Under the pieces are notes generated by a model that ran no database searches, was not told the DNA's origin, and worked only from the letters and a program-made list of their open reading frames with translations. DNA of 64,000 nt from Leucoraja ocellata (taxonomy: Eukaryota): the NCBI GenBank assembly GCA_036785375.1, contig JAWMAR010000034.1, positions 1,798,001 to 1,862,000 of the forward strand, read 5' to 3'. Below are positions 59,951 through 64,000 of the stretch, in pieces. A program made the translations under genes and the position numbers. The number at the start of each line of letters is the position of its first letter. Within the stretch, counting starts at the first letter, position 1.

Positions 59951-60879
59951 ATGTTGTGTCAGAAAGGGAGAAAGAAAATGTTTATGCATGTGTGAGTGAC
60001 AGAAAGAGAGACAGAGAGAGTTGTGTGTGCAGTCTCTTCCATTGACACAGTACATTTCGTTGTCACCCTTGGACTTGTTCTGTCCACAGGCACTCCAAAA
60101 TAACTAAAATTATTTTTAATACTTGCATATGGAGCGGAAGAAGTAGACTAGGTGGGTGAAGAGTGGAGGGAGGAGAGAGGTGGGAGGAGAGAGCCTGGAT
60201 TTCCATATATACTCAAATTGCCAAAGATCAACTAAACTAGTAAAAAAAGAACATTTGGTTGATCCTTTTATGGAGATAAAGACTTTCCCGAGTTCAAATG
60301 CCACGGATATTAACGAGGTTTAAAATCCTAATTAGGATTACAAAAACACAGGGTTCAAGATACGTGCAGACTAATAAAAGACTAAATGACAGACTTTGAC
60401 TGGAGGAGAGCAAAGAAATATTCGATGGGAGCTGGCTGAAAGATTTCTGCAACATCACACAGTGATTGCCCACATTATGTGGCAACTACTGTTCAGTGAA
60501 TGCATCAGCGGCTTTGAGCAGGATACAAAGTACTTTCCTTCTTAACAATGTCAATAATTGCTTGAACATTACCTTGAACATGATGAAATATACAAGCGGG
60601 TACCAACAGGAAAAAGATAACACAATATAATGTAGCATCGAGACACAGAAGTAGGCTTTAAGGCAGATGCCCAAAGAATTGGTCAAAAGCTAGATTGTAA
60701 CTAATGAAGAACTCTTAAAGAAGAGCAAGAGGCACAAGAAAAAAGATGGTATTTAAAAGTTTAGAATTGCCCTATTAACAAGTAAACATTTTGCTGTCTA
60801 TGAAACAAATTCCTATATTCAGGGTCTGCCGTGCACTGATCAATGGATAGATGATAATGATTAGCAAGTATTAGCTCAG

Positions 60880-61148
60880 TATTTTAAGGTGAGGGGAATT
60901 ATTTAATAGGATCCTGAGGGGCAGCTTTTTCACACAGAGGGCGGTGGGTAAATGGAATGAGCTGCCAAAGGAGGTAGTTGAGGCAGATACAATAACAATA
61001 TTATAAGACATTTAGACAAGTACATGGATTGGAAGGGTTTAGAGAGATATGGGCCTATTGCGGGTATATGGGATTATGGGGCATGTTGGTCGACTTGGAA
61101 GAGTTGGGCTGAAGAGCCTGTTTCCGTGTTGTATGACTCTATGACTCC
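60880..61148 (+). mobile_element. CR1 3' end
   Basis: CTTTTTCACACAGAGGG...TGTATGACTCTATGACTC. Confidence 0.88.
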
Positions 61149-61601
61149 ATTAAGTGACTGCAAGTACTTTATCAATTGTCTGGCAATTCCAATATTTGTA
61201 GAATGGCAGGGTGGGCGTATGAGGATAACGATATATGTTGTTGTGTATAGCTGTGGCTATTTGATTGATCAAATATCTCCCCACCAAACACGTACAAAAA
61301 AGGCAGTGCATCAATCTCACAGCACTAATGAGACAAACAGTTACTGGTGACATTTTACCACAGATGGGGGTTGTACACCCTCAAGACACAAGTGACATAA
61401 AAAAAATAATCACAGTAAGAAGTTCCAGTTTTGTAATACGAAATTGAACAAGTTGTTCTGGGGAATGCTCAGTAGATTCAAGTTGTCTCAGAGAGAGAGA
61501 AATACATTTAATATTGTCGGCTGGGTGTGGTCCAAAAAAACATAGCTTTATGCAAAGACAAAACCCATTTTTGGTTTCTTAAACATTGGGTCTAGCAAAC
61601 G

Positions 61602-61710
61602 TTAGACACAAAATGCTGGGGTAACTGCGCGGGTCAGGCAACATCTTTGCCTGAGTTACTCCAGCACTTTGTGTTTTTCTTTGGTAGACCAACATCTGCA
61701 GTTCCTTGTG
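61602..61710. mobile_element. Fold-back PLE repeat lacking the hammerhead
   Basis: GACACAAAATGCTGGGGTAACT pairs with AGTTACTCCAGCACTTTGTGT. Confidence 0.75.
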
Positions 61711-62148
61711 CTTCAGATATTGACAGAGACTGAAGTTTCTGGACCTTGTTAAACCAATCCGACAGAGGAGCAGGTGAGACAATAAAAACTCACATTTTAA
61801 TCATCTCTTTTGACTCAGCTTACCTCTAACTTTCTCTTCACAATAATTTAAAATTATAGAACATTGTATGGCAATAACATACCCTCATTCAATTAAAGAA
61901 TTTAAAAGCACCATTCGACGCCAAACCTAAAATACATAAGGTGCATTCTGGGGAGGTCTAGGGAGGAGTCAAATCAAGGGTCCCTTCTCCCGATGGAGAT
62001 GAGGGTGATGGTATTGGAGGATTGGTGATCAATAAAACCCAAGGGTTATTGTTAAATTCTCAAATCCTGTCAAAATAGGAGTGCAGATCCCACTAGAGTT
62101 AAAGGCAGACCTGTTGATGTGTCGATCAATTCTACCGTACATTTACAG

Positions 62149-62463
62149 TGCATGGTGGTGCAGTGGTACAGTTGCTGTCTCACAGCCAATGCAGCGCCGG
62201 AGACCCGGGTTCAATCCCGACTACAGGTGCTGTCTGTATGGAGTTTGCACGTTCTCCCCGTGACCGTGTGGGTTTTATCCAAGATCTTCGGTTTCCTCCC
62301 AGACTCCAAAGACGTACAGGTAAGTAGGTTAATTGGCCTAGTGTATGTGCAAATTGTCCCTAGTGTGTGTAGGATGGTGTTAATGTGCGGGGATCGCTGG
62401 TCGGTGCGGACTCGGTGGGCCGAAGGGCCTGTTTCCGCGCTGTATCTCTAAACTAAAGTAAAC
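62149..62463 (+). mobile_element. HE1-like V-SINE, full length
   Basis: Head, B-box, V-domain and tail present. Confidence 0.92.
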
Positions 62464-62484
62464 AAAATCTGTGCAACTCAGACA

Positions 62485-62800
62485 TGCGGGAATGAGACTG
62501 AGGTTTGAAGCAAGGTGGAAAGGATGGTGGACTTTACTAGGGAGAGAGGCACGTATGGTGAAGGTGAAACTGTGATCACTAAGTCAAAGAAAGAACATCA
62601 AGAATAGAAGTCCAAAAAAGCCAGGCAGTTTTTGTAGGTGGGACTAGAAACTCCTCAGGGAGAGATTTATTCTGCAAGAGCAGAGGCAGAAGGAAGTGGG
62701 GTTCAAGCAAACACATCAACGAGCTTGCAAGGCCAAGGCAGTGATCATCATGTGAGAACAGCCCTGAGATTATATGGTGTGAAATAGTGTCAGAATAATA
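62485..62800 (-). mobile_element. Old L2-type LINE fragment (related pieces at about 60480-60730 and 61985-62055)
   Basis: Decayed sequence resembling the L2 RT N-terminal region. Confidence 0.4.
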
Positions 62801-63437
62801 AATCAGAAATTGTCAGCCTTCTGTAACAGGGTTTTGCCCAACACACTCACACACTCCAACGGCCAAGGTCAACAAACATGCACCGTCCTTGAATTCACTC
62901 CCACACACTTCCAATAGGCCACTAGCATAGACTCTATATAATGTTTCCGGACATATGTTCCCACCTACCCATCCACAATCGACACACCTTTGGGGTCTCT
63001 ACGGATGCCTGCCACAAAAAGCTGAACACAAAACCCATCCCTGTCCTTGTCCAGGTTTTAAAGCCAGTGCCCACCAGGAATCCTGGCCACATCAGCATTC
63101 TCCCAGAGACCCTACACCTCCAATACCAAAATACCATCAGTTACCACCAACAATATTAACGTCTTCCTAGGAAGCCAGTTCCAGAGGCCCCTGTAATATT
63201 ATCGGCTCTGCAGATCCTAACTTCAAAATATATAGTACAGTTTAGTTGTCACATGGACCGAGGTACAGTATAAAGCTATTGTTGCGTGCTAAGCAGTCAG
63301 TGGAAAGACTATACATGACTACAATTGAGCCATTCACATCAAGTGACACAAACCCAGTGCTTTCAGTGCAAGTTTTACTTTAGGTCAGCACTCATTAATA
63401 GGCAATAATGTGCAGGGAAGTCACCAGATAAGGAAAC

Positions 63438-63676
63438 CTTCATAAGTTCAGAAGTTCGAGGAGCAATATTAAGCCATTCGGCCCATCAAGGCTACTCTGC
63501 CATTCGATCATGGCTGATTTATTTTTCCCCTCTCAATCCCATTCTCCTGCCTTCTCCCCATAACCCCGACACCCATGCTAATCAAGAATCTGTGAATCTT
63601 CGCGTTAAAAATATTTATTGACTTGGCCTCCACAACTGTCTGTGGCAATAAATTCCACAGATTCACCACCCTCTGA
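63438..63676 (-). mobile_element. CR1 3' end
   Basis: CATAAGTTCAGAAGTTC tail through TTCCACAGATTCACCACCCTCTGA. Confidence 0.88.
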
Positions 63677-63925
63677 TGACAGGCAACTGAATCATCCTAC
63701 CACAACTAGAGAGCAGTCCTGAACCACTATCTATCTCATTGGTAACGCTTGGACTACCTTTGATCGGACTTTACTGACTTTACCTTGGACCAAACGCTAT
63801 TCCCTTATCATGAATCTGTAAACTATAAATGTAGTCATGCATTGTCTTTCCACTGACTGGTTAGCACGCAACAAACGCCTTTCACTGTACCTAGGCACAT
63901 GTGACAATAAACTAAACTGAACAGA
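63677..63925 (+). mobile_element. Rex-type LINE 3' end
   Basis: CAGGCAACTGAATCATCCTACCAC...TTTCACTGTACCT..GTGACAATAAACTAAACT; a further minus copy at 63240-63338. Confidence 0.75.
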
Positions 63926-64000
63926 ACAGACCGCAATCTGAGGGCGGGCAGAGTTCCTGTGACCTTGTATCCCCCCCCCCCCTCAACCTCAGCCGACCCT

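Overview
A repeat-dense, apparently non-coding (intronic or intergenic) vertebrate window. It is most likely from a cartilaginous fish such as a skate or ray; this is inferred from HE1-like V-SINEs and HER1-like CR1 LINEs. No host protein-coding gene, rRNA, tRNA or CRISPR array can be supported. Every recognisable ORF is a decayed retroelement fragment: CR1 RT, Rex/Babar RT, L2-like RT, or Penelope-like RT and GIY-YIG. The standout signal is about 25 copies of a 100-250 bp Penelope-derived terminal repeat carrying a minimal type I hammerhead ribozyme motif, CTGAAGA-A-stem II-GAA-ACGT-C/T, with a palindromic loop-less stem III. These copies occur as monomers with 9-14 bp target duplications, a tandem dimer and many fold-back hairpins, and two insertions hit the same 14 bp site of the HE1-like SINE. 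Also present are PIF/Harbinger-like MITEs with TTA/TAA duplications, a Helitron-like 3' end, GC-rich non-autonomous retroelements with Rex-type tails, old Deu-domain SINE relics, three assembly gaps and a few repeat-free islands that may be regulatory. Repeat boundaries were read by eye and are approximate.
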